A stretch of 64,000 bases of DNA from contig JASGEW010000131.1 of NCBI GenBank assembly GCA_047606125.1, positions 7,406 through 71,405 of the forward strand, given 5' to 3'. The DNA comes from Niabella sp. Its GTDB lineage: Bacteria; Bacteroidota; Bacteroidia; Chitinophagales; Chitinophagaceae. A program made the translations under genes and the position numbers. Under the pieces are notes generated by a model. The model ran no database searches, had not been told where the DNA came from, and worked only from the letters and a program-made list of their open reading frames with translations. Of the stretch, positions 1-10,609 are shown piece after piece; positions within the stretch are counted from its first letter, which is position 1; the number at the start of each line of letters is the position of its first letter.

Positions 1-487
1 CATAGCTTTTTTTCGCATCCGGCGACAGTTCCTGCGGTTCCAGCGGAAAACCTTCGGCCACCGCAAACTGCTGAGCGCCTGCACCCACCAGCATCACATG
101 CGGTGTTTTTTCCATTACCTTGCGCGCCACAGAAATAGGATGTTTGATCCTTTCAAGCGCTGCTACACTGCCACAATTAAACTGATGATCCATAATACTG
201 GCATCGAGCGTAACAATCCCGTCTCTGTCCGGGTTCGCGCCCAGCCCCACGCAGCAGTTTATTTCGCTTTCCGTTACCATTACACCTCTTTCCACCGCAT
301 CCAGTGCGGCACCTCCTTTCCCCAGCACTTCCCAGGCTTCTTTGTTCGCTCTTAGCCCTGCATCCCAGGTAGCAATTACAACCGGCCGGGCAGCGCTTAC
401 AGCACTTTGAGAGAAAGCTTTTTTGTTTAAAGCACCGGCTACACCAGTTAAAGCGCCAAGCTGCAGGAAACGTTTACGATTCATCAT
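1..487 (-). CDS. Glycosylasparaginase / isoaspartyl peptidase-L-asparaginase family (Ntn hydrolase). Only the N-terminal part is present; the 3' end lies beyond the left window edge.
   Basis: Hand translation of the minus strand from the ATG at 487-485 gives MMNRKRFLQLGALTGVAGAL (Tat-like RKRFLQ signal), then ATWDAGL...GKGGAALDAVE...GANPDRDG..TLDASIMD...HVMLVGAGAQQFA. The frame stays open to position 1. It is absent from the ORF track because the window truncates it. Confidence 0.7.
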   Translation of the reverse strand, partial: MMNRKRFLQLGALTGVAGALNKKAFSQSAVSAARPVVIATWDAGLRANKEAWEVLGKGGAALDAVERGVMVTESEINCCVGLGANPDRDGIVTLDASIMDHQFNCGSVAALERIKHPISVARKVMEKTPHVMLVGAGAQQFAVAEGFPLEPQELSPDAKKSY

Positions 488-621
488 AATAAAAAATTTT
501 AAGAACCGAAAATATGATTTTCTGTTTAAGTTTTTCGATTTTAACGAATGCCCATTAATTTCACCCTGCACATTCCCAACAATTTCTTTACTTCGCTGTT
601 ATTGACCAAACATATTAAAGA

Positions 622-1167
622 ATGAACATTGAAATAATATCAGGCAGCCCCCGAAAAGAAAGTTTAACGGTAAGGGCCGCTTATGCCGTTCAAAAATGGT
701 TTCAAAAAAACACACAGCACCATACCGGTATTATTGATTGCCGGGAACATCAGCTGCCATGGATCGAAAAGGTATTTAATTCCATAGAAAATACTCCGGA
801 CGAATGGAAGCCGCTTTTTGAACGGGTTTTTAAAGCCGATGCTTTTATTTTTGTCACACCCGAATATAACGGCAGCTATTCACCATCCCTAAAAAACCTG
901 GTGGATCATTTTCCCAAACAGCTTCACAAAACCTTGGGTATCGTTACTGCCTCTAATGGCAACCTGGGCGGTATGCGCGCCGCGCAGCAACTCATACTCC
1001 TGGGCGCCGGCTTATTTACAGTAACCTCTCCGCAATTACTGATTATTCCCGCCATCGATAAAAAACTGGATGAAAACGGGGAACTGATTGATCCTGCATT
1101 TGAAAAAAGCATCCATAATTTCGCATCGGAATATTTGTGGCTGGCAGAAAAGATCGCACAGAAATAA
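622..1167 (+). CDS. NAD(P)H-dependent FMN reductase-like oxidoreductase
   Basis: 181 aa ORF. IISGSPRKESLT near the N-terminus and FVTPEYNGSYSPSLKN are typical of the flavodoxin-like FMN reductase fold. Confidence 0.7.
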   Translation: MNIEIISGSPRKESLTVRAAYAVQKWFQKNTQHHTGIIDCREHQLPWIEKVFNSIENTPDEWKPLFERVFKADAFIFVTPEYNGSYSPSLKNLVDHFPKQLHKTLGIVTASNGNLGGMRAAQQLILLGAGLFTVTSPQLLIIPAIDKKLDENGELIDPAFEKSIHNFASEYLWLAEKIAQK

Positions 1168-1400
1168 TTTTTTCGCACAAAAAATAGTTGTGCCGCTGCA
1201 ATCATGAAGGATCAGCTTTCAATTTTACACTTGCGGCACCCTTTTCAGTTCTCATGCACGAGACCTTAAACTTTACTATCTTTGCACACTTTACATTTTT
1301 CATCCGGAACAGGCTGCCAAAATGGCTTCAAAATCCGGATAGCATTGTTTTTGAAGATATAATAATTCTTTTAAAGCTTTAATTGTATTAATAATATATC

Positions 1401-4400
1401 ATGTTCGGTTTTATATCAAAAATATTTGGCGGCAGCAAGTCGGAAAAAGATGCCAGGAAGCTGCAGCCAATAATAGAAAAAGTAAATAACTATTTCAGCC
1501 AATACCAGCCTTTGAGTAATGATGAGCTGCGCAATAAAACACAGGAGTTCAGACAACGCATTAAAGAGCACCTTAGTAAAATTGATGGCGAGATCAGCGA
1601 GCTGAACGCCCGGGCAGAAGCGCTATCGCATGACGCATTGCTGGAGAAAGACAGTATTTATAAACAAGTAGATGATCTTAAAAAAGACCGGGACAAAGAA
1701 ATTGAGAAGATACTCGATGAGATAATGCCCGAAGCGTTCGCTGTTATAAAAGAAACCGCAAGAAGATTTAAGGAAAATACACAGATCGTTTCAAAAGCAA
1801 CCGATCTGGACCGTGCACTGGCTGTAAAAGCAGATTATATTACTATCGACGGCGACAACGTCATTTATAATAATACCTGGACCGCCGCAGGAGGCAAGGT
1901 AACCTGGAATATGCTGCATTATGATGTACAGCTGATCGGGGGTGCTGTTTTACACAGCGGCAAGATTGCCGAAATGGCAACCGGTGAAGGTAAAACACTG
2001 GTTTCCACCCTGCCGGCCTATCTGAATGCGTTGGCAGGAGAAGGCGTGCATATTGTAACAGTGAACGATTACCTGGCTCGCCGCGACCAGGAATGGAACG
2101 GCCCTGTGTTTGAATGGTTAGGTTTGCGTGTGGACTGTATTGATAAGCACCAGCCCAACAGCCCTGCCAGAAGAAATGCTTACCTGGCCGACATTACTTA
2201 TGGTACCAATAATGAATTTGGCTTCGACTATCTCCGTGACAATATGGTGCACACTGCCGATGAAATGGTGCAGCGCAAACATCATTTTGCGATGGTGGAT
2301 GAGGTGGACAGTGTATTGATTGATGATGCACGTACGCCTTTGATCATCAGCGGGCCTGTTGAAAAAGGCGATGATCAGCAATACCATATTCATAAGCCCC
2401 GTGTACAGCAACTGTTTCAGGAACAGGAAAGAATTGTAAGGAATGCCTTAAATGAAGCAAAGAAACTAATCGACAAAGGCGAAGACGACCCTAAAACCGG
2501 GGGGCTTCATTTATTCCGCGCTTTCCGCGGCTTGCCTAAATACAATCCGCTGATCAAATACCTGAGCGAGCCGGGCATCAAAGTAAAACTGCAAAAAGCA
2601 GAGAATTATTACTTACAGGACCAGGAACGTAATATGCACATCATTGATGAAGAGTTATTATTCAGAATCGATGAAAAGAATAAATCAGTTGATCTTACAG
2701 AAAAAGGGTTAAGCACTATTACCAAATCCGGTGAAGACCCCGACTTTTTTGTATTGCCTGATATTGGCGTATCGCTTGCAGAAATTGAAAAAAGTGATAT
2801 TGCTTCAGAAGATAAACTAAAACAGAAAGAACATATACTGAACGACTATTCTCAAAAAGCAGACAGGATCCACTCGGTGCAGCAGTTGTTAAAAGCTTAT
2901 GCTTTGTTTGAAAAAGATGTGGAATATGTGATTATAGATGGCGCTATTAAGATCGTGGACGAACAGACAGGCCGTATCATGGAGGGCCGCCGTTACAGCG
3001 ATGGGTTGCACCAGGCCCTGGAAGCAAAAGAAAATGTAAAGATCGAAGCAGCTACCCAGACATACGCTACTGTTACGCTGCAAAACTTCTTCCGTATGTA
3101 CCATAAGCTGGCAGGTATGACGGGTACTGCCGAAACAGAAGCTGCAGAATTATGGAGCATCTATAAATTAGATGTGGTTACCATCCCTACCAACCTGCCT
3201 ATCATCAGGGATGACAAGCAGGATCTTGTTTATAAAACCAAACGGGAAAAATATAAGGCAGTAATTGATGAAATCGAAGCATTAAGAAATGCAGGACGCC
3301 CGGTACTGGTAGGTACCACTTCGGTTGAAATAAGTGAACTGCTGGGCCGTATGCTGCAGCAGAAAAAGATCCCGCACAATGTATTGAACGCAAAACAGCA
3401 TGCACGCGAGGCCAATGTGGTAGCAGAAGCCGGGTTGGCGGGAGCAGTGACTATTGCCACCAACATGGCAGGCCGTGGTACAGATATCAAATTGGGGCCG
3501 GGCGTTAAAGAAGCCGGTGGTCTGGCCATTATAGGTACCGAAAGGCATGAGAGCCGCCGGGTAGACAGGCAGCTGCGTGGCCGTGCGGGCCGGCAGGGTG
3601 ACCCGGGCAGCTCCCAGTTTTATGTATCGCTGGAAGATGACCTGATGCGTATGTTCGGCAGCGAACGTATTGCGGGCATGATGGACAAACTTGGCTATAA
3701 AGAAGGCGATGTGATCCAGCACAGCATGATCAGTAACTCGATACAACGCGCTCAAAAAAAAGTGGAAGAAAATAATTTTGGTATCCGCAAAAGATTGCTG
3801 GAATATGACGATGTAATGAACAAGCAGCGTAATGCGATTTACGAAAAACGCAACCACGCATTATTCGGAGAGCGTTTATCCCTGGATATTGACAATGCCT
3901 TTTCTATTGTTGCCGAAAGCCTTGTATCATCCTTTAAAGAACAGGACGACTTCGAAGGCTTTAAGCTGGCATGTATTGTAAACTTCGGCATGGACACTAC
4001 TATTACAGCAGATGAATTTAAAACGGTTGATGAAGGTAAACTAACCGACAAATTGTATACAGAAGCGATCCAGCGTTACAATCAGCATACAGAAAATGTA
4101 AGCCAGAGTGCTATTCCGGTGTTTAAAAATATACGTACCACACAAGGCAGCCATATAGAAAATGTAATTGTGCCATTTACTGATGGCCGCAAAGGCGTAA
4201 ATGTTTTGGCGCCGCTGGATAAAACCATTGAAACAAATGGTAAGGTCTTAATTTCCAGTATGGAAAAATCCATTACCCTCGCCGCTATTGATGACGCCTG
4301 GAAAGAGCACTTACGTGCAATGGATGACTTAAAGCAGAGCGTACAGACAGCTTACCTGGAACAGAAAGATCCTTTGGTAATTTATAAAGTGGAAGCGTTC

Positions 4401-4727
4401 CAGATGTTTAACAACATGACCACCACTTTAAATAAAGACATTATTTCCTTCCTGACCCAGGCCAGCCTGCCGGAACAGCAGCAAAGCAATACGCAGATCA
4501 AAGAAGGCAGGCAGGAAAAAACAGATCTTAGTAAGTTAAGCGCCAATAAGGATCAGATCGATGCAGCGGGAGAAGATTATGCCGCTAACGGAAATGATTA
4601 TTTCGATCCTTCGGCGCCTCCCGTAAAGCAGGAGCCTGTACGCGTAGGTCCTAAAGTAGGCCGTAACGATCCATGTCCGTGTGGCAGTGGCAAAAAATAC
4701 AAAAACTGTCATGGCAAGTCCGAATAA
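1401..4727 (+). CDS. secA: Preprotein translocase ATPase SecA
   Basis: 1108 aa. Has the Walker A-like [40 protein letters not shown] and the C-terminal zinc finger [14 protein letters not shown]. Confidence 0.97.
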   Translation: MFGFISKIFGGSKSEKDARKLQPIIEKVNNYFSQYQPLSNDELRNKTQEFRQRIKEHLSKIDGEISELNARAEALSHDALLEKDSIYKQVDDLKKDRDKEIEKILDEIMPEAFAVIKETARRFKENTQIVSKATDLDRALAVKADYITIDGDNVIYNNTWTAAGGKVTWNMLHYDVQLIGGAVLHSGKIAEMATGEGKTLVSTLPAYLNALAGEGVHIVTVNDYLARRDQEWNGPVFEWLGLRVDCIDKHQPNSPARRNAYLADITYGTNNEFGFDYLRDNMVHTADEMVQRKHHFAMVDEVDSVLIDDARTPLIISGPVEKGDDQQYHIHKPRVQQLFQEQERIVRNALNEAKKLIDKGEDDPKTGGLHLFRAFRGLPKYNPLIKYLSEPGIKVKLQKAENYYLQDQERNMHIIDEELLFRIDEKNKSVDLTEKGLSTITKSGEDPDFFVLPDIGVSLAEIEKSDIASEDKLKQKEHILNDYSQKADRIHSVQQLLKAYALFEKDVEYVIIDGAIKIVDEQTGRIMEGRRYSDGLHQALEAKENVKIEAATQTYATVTLQNFFRMYHKLAGMTGTAETEAAELWSIYKLDVVTIPTNLPIIRDDKQDLVYKTKREKYKAVIDEIEALRNAGRPVLVGTTSVEISELLGRMLQQKKIPHNVLNAKQHAREANVVAEAGLAGAVTIATNMAGRGTDIKLGPGVKEAGGLAIIGTERHESRRVDRQLRGRAGRQGDPGSSQFYVSLEDDLMRMFGSERIAGMMDKLGYKEGDVIQHSMISNSIQRAQKKVEENNFGIRKRLLEYDDVMNKQRNAIYEKRNHALFGERLSLDIDNAFSIVAESLVSSFKEQDDFEGFKLACIVNFGMDTTITADEFKTVDEGKLTDKLYTEAIQRYNQHTENVSQSAIPVFKNIRTTQGSHIENVIVPFTDGRKGVNVLAPLDKTIETNGKVLISSMEKSITLAAIDDAWKEHLRAMDDLKQSVQTAYLEQKDPLVIYKVEAFQMFNNMTTTLNKDIISFLTQASLPEQQQSNTQIKEGRQEKTDLSKLSANKDQIDAAGEDYAANGNDYFDPSAPPVKQEPVRVGPKVGRNDPCPCGSGKKYKNCHGKSE

Positions 4728-4752
4728 CTAATCAGATATTTTTTATAGCATA

Positions 4753-4782
4753 AAAACGGATGAATAAAGCATCCGTTTTTTT
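4753..4782 (+). terminator. Rho-independent terminator after secA
   Basis: Stem acggatg (4756-4762) pairs with catccgt (4770-4776) around a 7-nt loop, followed by a T-run at 4776-4782. Confidence 0.7.
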
Positions 4783-5051
4783 ATTTACCTGCTTCGCATC
4801 TACCCGTGTATCAGTGACGAAAAATATTACCTACAGTACAGGATGGTTATATTTTATAAATACTTAAGTTTGATATAAATACCAGGTAGCGCTTTTCGCA
4901 AGGTGGTAATAAGATTTTTTGCCAGTTCCATATTTCAGCCAGGCACAGAAAGTGCTGTTAACCGGCATAACTGGATAAATTAAGGTTAGCGGGTTGCAGC
5001 CAGGTAATCAACAGGCATAAAGCATATTACAAATCATTTTATATTAACAGT

Positions 5052-6062
5052 ATGGTTAAGATCAGGATAGTCAAAAATGATAGTCTCAGTAAGGTAGAAC
5101 AGATTGCAACATCTGTCCGGCAAGCGATCAGCAACGGAACTTTTCAAAAAAATCAACAGTTGCCCTCCATTAATGAGTTTAGCCATAATTATAGCTTTGC
5201 AAGGGATACAGTTGAAAAAGCTTACGGGGCATTAAAGAAAGAGGGATTGATATCCTCTGTTAAAGGGAGAGGTTATTTTGTACTGAGCCGGTCAGGAAGA
5301 CTCCTGAAAGTGTTACTGGTAATGAACAAGCTGTCTGCCTACAAAAAAATTGTATACAACAGCTTCATTAAAAAGCTGGGAAGCCGGGCTAAAGTTGACC
5401 TGCAGATCCACCACTATAATCTAAAATTACTAACAGAGATTATACAATCCAGCCTGGGCAAATACAACTATTTTGTAATCATGCCGCATTTTACCTACAA
5501 TATAAAAGAAAAAGATATTGCAGAGGTGTTAAGCATGATCTCAAAAGACCAGCTAATAATACTGGACAAACAGATCAAAATATTAAAAGGAAGATGTACC
5601 GAGATATACCAGGACTTTGAGCATGATATCTATAAAGCGCTGCTATCAGCGGGCAGCTTCATGAAGAAGTATAGCAGCGTAGTGCTGATATTAAACGAAG
5701 AGGGTTTTCATCCGCGAGAGATTGTAAAGGGCGTAAAAAGATTTTGTAATGAAACAGGCAAGACCTTTCAGCTTACGTATAGTGCAGAGCACCTGGAGCT
5801 GCAGAAAAGGGCTCTTTATATAGAAACCTTAGAAACTGATCTGTCTTTATTAATTAAAAAATCAAGAGCGCAGGCCTGGAACCTGGGGCAGGAAATCGGG
5901 ATTATTTCATTTAATGAAACCATATTAAAAGAGCTGCTAAACATTACTGTGGTTACAACAGATTTTCAAAATCTTGGTATCCAGGCAGCCAGCAGTATCC
6001 TGGAAGGAACGATCAATTGCGTTAAGAACCCGTTTTATATGATCAGGAGAGGTTCAATTTAA
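5052..6062 (+). CDS. GntR-family transcriptional regulator with a sugar-binding (LacI/PBP-like) C-terminal domain (AraR-type architecture)
   Basis: 336 aa. The N-terminal wHTH pattern is LPSINEFSHNYSFARDTVEKAYGALKKEGLISSVKGRGYFV. The long C-terminal domain is consistent with a periplasmic-binding-protein-like effector domain. Confidence 0.65.
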   Translation: MVKIRIVKNDSLSKVEQIATSVRQAISNGTFQKNQQLPSINEFSHNYSFARDTVEKAYGALKKEGLISSVKGRGYFVLSRSGRLLKVLLVMNKLSAYKKIVYNSFIKKLGSRAKVDLQIHHYNLKLLTEIIQSSLGKYNYFVIMPHFTYNIKEKDIAEVLSMISKDQLIILDKQIKILKGRCTEIYQDFEHDIYKALLSAGSFMKKYSSVVLILNEEGFHPREIVKGVKRFCNETGKTFQLTYSAEHLELQKRALYIETLETDLSLLIKKSRAQAWNLGQEIGIISFNETILKELLNITVVTTDFQNLGIQAASSILEGTINCVKNPFYMIRRGSI

Positions 6063-6146
6063 TTACCCCAGGTTTCCCTGCCTGCAGGGGCAGGTCGCTT
6101 TTGACAAAAAACAATAAAAATTACATGGGGAAATATAATATCTCCC

Positions 6147-6176
6147 AAAATAGAAACCCGCAGCATTAATTGCGGG
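6147..6176 (-). terminator. Probable terminator downstream of tRNA-Cys
   Basis: Stem cccgca (6157-6162) pairs with tgcggg (6171-6176) around an 8-nt loop. On the minus strand it is followed by TTTCTATTTT. Confidence 0.45.
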
Positions 6177-6191
6177 GTTTTAGCTATTTTG

Positions 6192-6262
6192 AGGTCCCGA
6201 GCGGATTCAAACCGCTGTGGAAGCTTTTGCAGAGCTCTGCCTGATCACTCGGCCACGGGACC
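6192..6262 (-). tRNA. tRNA-Cys (anticodon GCA)
   Basis: Minus strand reads GGTCCCG-TG-GCC-GAGTGATCA-GGC-A-GAGCT-CTGCAAA-AGCTT-CCAC-AGCGG-TTTGAAT-CCGCT-CGGGACC-T. This folds into a full cloverleaf with a 7-bp acceptor stem, anticodon loop CT-GCA-AA and discriminator U, as expected for tRNA-Cys. Confidence 0.9.
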
Positions 6263-6279
6263 TTTTCTTTGAAGGCTTG

Positions 6280-6287
6280 CAAAAATA
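6280..6287 (-). promoter_or_regulatory. Candidate Bacteroidota -7 promoter box (TATTTTTG) for tRNA-Cys
   Basis: Matches TAnnTTTG on the minus strand about 18 nt upstream of the mature tRNA 5' end. No clear -33 TTTG was seen. Confidence 0.3.
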
Positions 6288-6331
6288 GGATATTTTTGAT
6301 AAATTTTCATACTTATAATCACTCTATTTTT

Positions 6332-7210
6332 ATGAACAGGATAGCTGAAAGTGAATTAATACTTAATCATCGCGGGGCCATATATCACCTCGATCTGAGA
6401 CCCGAGGAAATTGCCGGTACCATTGTAACAGTGGGCGATCCTGACCGTGTACAGGAATTTAGTAAGTATTTTGACACCATAGAAATAAAACGGCAACACC
6501 GCGAATTTGTGACACATACGGGTATTATAGGCGGAAAAAGATTAACAGTGCTTTCTTCAGGCATTGGCCCCGATAATATTGATATTGTAATGAATGAGCT
6601 GGATGCACTGGCCAATATTAATTTTGAAACAAGACAGATCAAAGACCACTTACACACTTTAAATATTATTCGTGTAGGTACATCCGGTTCTTTACAGGCT
6701 GATATTGATGTGGATCATTTTGTAGCATCCACCCACGGGTTAGGAGTCGATAACCTGCTTAACTTTTACCGCCACGAAGCCAATGATGAAGAATCGCAAT
6801 TGCTGCAGGCATTTGTAACCCATGTGCAAATGCAGGGATATATCAGCGCCCCTTATATAACCGGGGCTTCTCCCACGCTGCTGAAACATTTTACCGAAGG
6901 TTTCCATCATGGCATCACCGTTACCTGCCCGGGTTTTTATGGACCGCAGGGCCGTGTTCTAAGACTGGGCATCAGCAATCCGCACCTGATAGACCGGCTT
7001 ACGGATTTTAGTTTCGGCCAACATCGTATTACTAATTTTGAGATGGAGACTTCTGCCATTTTTGGTTTGGGCAAATTATTGGGACACCATTGCCTGGCGC
7101 TGAACGCAATTGTAGCCAACAGGATAAAAAAGGAGTTCAGCAAAGACAGTAAAGCTGCCATAGAAAACCTGATCAAAAAGTTTTTAGAAATTTTTGTTGC
7201 AGGTATTTAA
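6332..7210 (+). CDS. Nucleoside phosphorylase (PNP/UDP family)
   Basis: Motifs VGDPDRV, RVGTSGSL and FEMETSAIF are typical of the PNP_UDP_1 fold. The start is moved to the internal ATG at 6332 (MNRIAESE...) because the 6269 start runs into the tRNA-Cys promoter region. Confidence 0.75.
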   Translation: MNRIAESELILNHRGAIYHLDLRPEEIAGTIVTVGDPDRVQEFSKYFDTIEIKRQHREFVTHTGIIGGKRLTVLSSGIGPDNIDIVMNELDALANINFETRQIKDHLHTLNIIRVGTSGSLQADIDVDHFVASTHGLGVDNLLNFYRHEANDEESQLLQAFVTHVQMQGYISAPYITGASPTLLKHFTEGFHHGITVTCPGFYGPQGRVLRLGISNPHLIDRLTDFSFGQHRITNFEMETSAIFGLGKLLGHHCLALNAIVANRIKKEFSKDSKAAIENLIKKFLEIFVAGI

Positions 7211-7255
7211 ACAATCACAAATAATTTTAAATAAGCAAAGCGGTACAGACAGAAT

Positions 7256-8032
7256 ATGCATTTTTACAAATACCAGGGAACAGGAAATGATTTTGTGATC
7301 GTAGATAACCGTGCTGTGAACCACAGCGCACTCACTAAAGATATTATTCATAAAATGTGTGATCGCCGGTTTGGGATAGGCGCCGATGGCTTTATGCTTT
7401 TAAATAATAAACCAGGATACGATTTTGAAATGGTGTATTATAATGCCGATGGCCGTGAAGGAACAATGTGTGGCAACGGCGGGCGTTGTATTGTGCGTTT
7501 TGCATACGATATCGGCATCCATAAACGCAGTTTTAAATTTTTAGCAGTTGACGGAGAGCACCTGGCGGTTGTGGGCGACGACAACTTAATATCATTAAAA
7601 ATGAGCGATGTAAGCAGTATTGAAACGCATTGGGATCACAGTGTTTTAAATACCGGCTCGCCCCACTATGTAAAAAAAGTGAGCGGCCTAAGCGCGCTGG
7701 ATGTATATAAAGAGGGCCGCAGCATACGATATAGCAAAGAATACAGACACGAGGGCATTAATATAAATTTTGTAGAGCCTGTTAATAATACACTGCTGAA
7801 AGTAAGAACTTATGAACGCGGAGTGGAGGATGAAACCTTTTCGTGCGGCACCGGTGTGACTGCTGCCGCGCTGGTTTTTTACCATAACGCAAACGGCTTT
7901 AATTCGGTAGACATAGAGGTGATCGGAGGCAGGCTTAATGTTTGCTATACCCGGCACGCAGACAACTCTTACTCCGATATATGGCTGAAGGGGCCTGCAA
8001 AAAAAGTTTATGAGGGAAATATTACACTATAA
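7256..8032 (+). CDS. dapF: Diaminopimelate epimerase
   Basis: 258 aa. Has YQGTGNDFVIVDN, the two catalytic Cys contexts MCGNGGRC and FSCGTGVTAAAL, and GSPHYV. Confidence 0.9.
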   Translation: MHFYKYQGTGNDFVIVDNRAVNHSALTKDIIHKMCDRRFGIGADGFMLLNNKPGYDFEMVYYNADGREGTMCGNGGRCIVRFAYDIGIHKRSFKFLAVDGEHLAVVGDDNLISLKMSDVSSIETHWDHSVLNTGSPHYVKKVSGLSALDVYKEGRSIRYSKEYRHEGININFVEPVNNTLLKVRTYERGVEDETFSCGTGVTAAALVFYHNANGFNSVDIEVIGGRLNVCYTRHADNSYSDIWLKGPAKKVYEGNITL

Positions 8033-8053
8033 AGCGAAAACCTGTTTAAAATA

Positions 8054-8500
8054 ATGATCACATCAATTAATTTGCGCGTATATGGCGTATTAGTGAATGA
8101 TAAAAAGCAGGTATTGGTTAGTGATGAGCGGATTTACCATAATAACCTGGAAGTAACAAAATTTCCGGGTGGCGGTTTGGAACCTGGTGAAGGTACTATT
8201 GATTGTATTATAAGAGAATGCAGGGAAGAAATAGGTATTGATGTTGATGTGACCGACCACCTGTACACAACAGATTTTTTTCAGCGGTCGGCTTTTAATG
8301 ATGCGCACCAGCTGATCTCTGTCTATTATTTAATTGCCCCCCGGGAGCCGCTGCATATTCACGTAAACAATGGAGCTGCCGTTTACCCCACAAACGTATC
8401 GGAGATCTTCCGGTTTATAGACTGGAATTATTTTAGCGAGGAAGTAATGACTTTACCTATCGATAAAATTGCTGCGCGCATGCTGAAGCAGCGGTATTAA
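8054..8500 (+). CDS. NUDIX hydrolase
   Basis: 148 aa with the Nudix box GGGLEPGEGTIDCIIRECREEIGI. Confidence 0.8.
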   Translation: MITSINLRVYGVLVNDKKQVLVSDERIYHNNLEVTKFPGGGLEPGEGTIDCIIRECREEIGIDVDVTDHLYTTDFFQRSAFNDAHQLISVYYLIAPREPLHIHVNNGAAVYPTNVSEIFRFIDWNYFSEEVMTLPIDKIAARMLKQRY

Positions 8501-8531
8501 GATTGGTAAAATGTGCAAAATCAGGAAAAGT

Positions 8532-9626
8532 TTATATATCCTTTCGTTTTTCCAACAGCTTGGAAGCAAGCCCCGGATCTGCTGTGTCCCCGTCTTCATC
8601 ATGATCGCTGCTCACAAACTCATTTATATAAATATCATAAAGCACCATAATATAGCTGATAAGCAGCGGGCCAAATACCAAACCTACAAAACCAAAAAGA
8701 CCTAAACCTACCAGCACCCCAAAAATAGTCACTACCGGGTGGGTATCGCCTATTCGTTTAAGCAAGGTAATGCGCGCTACATAATCCACATTACCTGTTA
8801 CAATAATACTGTATAAGGTAAGTAATGTGGCGTTAAGGTTATCGCCGGTAGCATACATATATATAATTACAGGTACCCAAACGATCATGGTGCCCACCAC
8901 GGGGAAAAAAGCGCATACACCTGTTAAAAACCCGTAAAGGCCCCAATCTTTTACACCAAATATAGCATAGCCAATGGTGGCAACAACTCCCTGTATGATC
9001 GAAATAAGCGGGATACCCAGGGCATTGGCAATAACCACTTTCTTTGTTTCATCGGACAGGATTTTGATATTACGTTTTTTTAAAGGAACAGATTTATTCA
9101 AATAACACTCTATTTCCCTGCCGTTACGCAGCATATAATACAACACAAAAAGCATAATGGTCAGATTGGAAACTATATTTAAAGTGCTGTTCAGTATTTT
9201 AGGCACAAAAGTGGTCAGCTTGTTTACTGCGTTGGATAAAGTATTTTCAGATATCAGGTTAAAGCCGATCTTTCTCTGGATGACGTCGATAGAATGCTTA
9301 GCTGAATTCAATATTTCGGTAGGGTTGGATAGCACATTGTTGATTTTGGGACTGATAAGTGTAACCGCAATAGAAATAGGTATACCAATGATAATTAAAT
9401 AAAACAGGATAAATCCCAGGGCCGTCCAGCCTTTTTTCCATTTTTTATTATAAACAAATTTAAAGTACTGTGCCCTGCTGATGATGTATAAGGTAACAGC
9501 GCCGAGCAGTCCGGGTAAAAAGCCGATCAGCTCTTTTATCATCAAAAACATTAATCCCAGGAGAATGGTAAGCAGCAATATTTGCTTTATTCTTTCATTA
9601 AAAGTTTTTTGTGACATACAGAGCAT
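8532..9626 (-). CDS. AI-2E family transporter (PerM-like permease)
   Basis: 364 aa polytopic membrane protein with the length and hydrophobicity pattern typical of the family. The start could instead be the ATG at 9617. Confidence 0.75.
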   Translation of the reverse strand: MLCMSQKTFNERIKQILLLTILLGLMFLMIKELIGFLPGLLGAVTLYIISRAQYFKFVYNKKWKKGWTALGFILFYLIIIGIPISIAVTLISPKINNVLSNPTEILNSAKHSIDVIQRKIGFNLISENTLSNAVNKLTTFVPKILNSTLNIVSNLTIMLFVLYYMLRNGREIECYLNKSVPLKKRNIKILSDETKKVVIANALGIPLISIIQGVVATIGYAIFGVKDWGLYGFLTGVCAFFPVVGTMIVWVPVIIYMYATGDNLNATLLTLYSIIVTGNVDYVARITLLKRIGDTHPVVTIFGVLVGLGLFGFVGLVFGPLLISYIMVLYDIYINEFVSSDHDEDGDTADPGLASKLLEKRKDI

Positions 9627-9833
9627 TTAAATAAAGTTGATCAGAAACGTTTAATTCTTCATAAATATAGTTTGCTTTATTTACTTTTGAACAATAAGGC
9701 AGGAAAAGGGTGCATAATATATTCCCCCCTGGATCATAATATCCTTAGGGATCTGCTATTTGCGGCTTTGCATGAAAAAAAATATCAAAACCCGACAAAT
9801 GTGATGTACCAGGGAAAATAACTTTAAAATTTT

Positions 9834-10598
9834 ATGAGCAGTTTATTTGAACGGCATCAACATATTATTGAGCTGATAAAAAAAGAAGGGAATGTAAAAG
9901 TTACCGAACTGTGCAGCAGTTTAAATGTTTCATCTGTCACGATCAGGAAAGACCTGCAGCTGCTTGAAGATAAGCAGTTGCTATACCGCACGCACGGCGG
10001 CGCTACTTTAAGCAACCCCTATATCGCAGACAGACATGTTGATGAAAAGGTAGCCCTCCAGGCTTCGGAAAAACAAAGAATAGGTGAATATGCTTCCCGT
10101 CTTATTGAACCTAATGACTGCATCCTTATTGCATCGGGAACCACCGTACAGTTTTTTGCAAAAAATCTTATAGCTAAGGACAACCTTACAGTAGTAACCT
10201 CAGCTCTTAATGTTGCGCTCGAGTTAATGCATCATCAGAACGTAGAAGTAATACAGCTGGGCGGTTTAATGCGTAAAACATCAGCTTCGGTAACAGGAAT
10301 ATATGCTGAAAATATATTGCAGGATTTTTCGTGCAGTAAATTATTCCTGGGCGTGGACGGAATCGATCTGGATTTTGGGTTAACCACTTCTAATATGATG
10401 GAAGCCCTGCTGAATAAAAAAATGATACAGGCTTCTCAAAAGACAATTCTGCTTGCAGATTCCAGCAAATTCGGGAAGAGAGGTTTTGGAAAAATCTGTG
10501 GTTTGGACGATATTGAACAGATCATCACAGACAGCAACATCTCTGAGCATACTGTTGATACGCTCAGAAGCATGGGCGTAGAAGTTACTGTTGTATAA
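9834..10598 (+). CDS. DeoR-family transcriptional regulator
   Basis: 254 aa. N-terminal HTH is VKVTELCSSLNVSSVTIRKDLQLLE, followed by a DeoR C-terminal sensor domain (LFLGVDGID). Confidence 0.85.
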   Translation: MSSLFERHQHIIELIKKEGNVKVTELCSSLNVSSVTIRKDLQLLEDKQLLYRTHGGATLSNPYIADRHVDEKVALQASEKQRIGEYASRLIEPNDCILIASGTTVQFFAKNLIAKDNLTVVTSALNVALELMHHQNVEVIQLGGLMRKTSASVTGIYAENILQDFSCSKLFLGVDGIDLDFGLTTSNMMEALLNKKMIQASQKTILLADSSKFGKRGFGKICGLDDIEQIITDSNISEHTVDTLRSMGVEVTVV

Positions 10599-10609
10599 AA
10601 CCGGAAATA

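Noticed and set aside
98-605. ORFs 98-355 and 423-605 on the plus strand
   Set aside because: The first is antisense to the hand-translated asparaginase-family gene that runs off the left edge. The second spans that gene's start and the intergenic region and has an implausible composition.
1188-1382. 64-aa ORF upstream of secA
   Set aside because: It sits in the secA upstream region and has no motifs. A TAnnTTTG-like box (TATCTTTG, 1277-1284) lies inside it, but I found no matching -33 element, so I report neither a gene nor a promoter.
3282-3857. 191-aa minus-strand ORF, plus several other 60-100 aa ORFs on both strands between 2118 and 4273
   Set aside because: All lie entirely inside the strongly supported secA reading frame. 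Their translations are low-complexity shadow ORFs with no recognisable motifs.
6269-6331. Longer N-terminal extensions offered by the ORF track (6269, 28798, 33413, 46927, 48231 and 60558 starts)
   Set aside because: In each case an internal ATG gives a canonical N-terminus: a conserved core, signal peptide or lipobox. The extension would overlap a tRNA, a promoter or the neighbouring gene.
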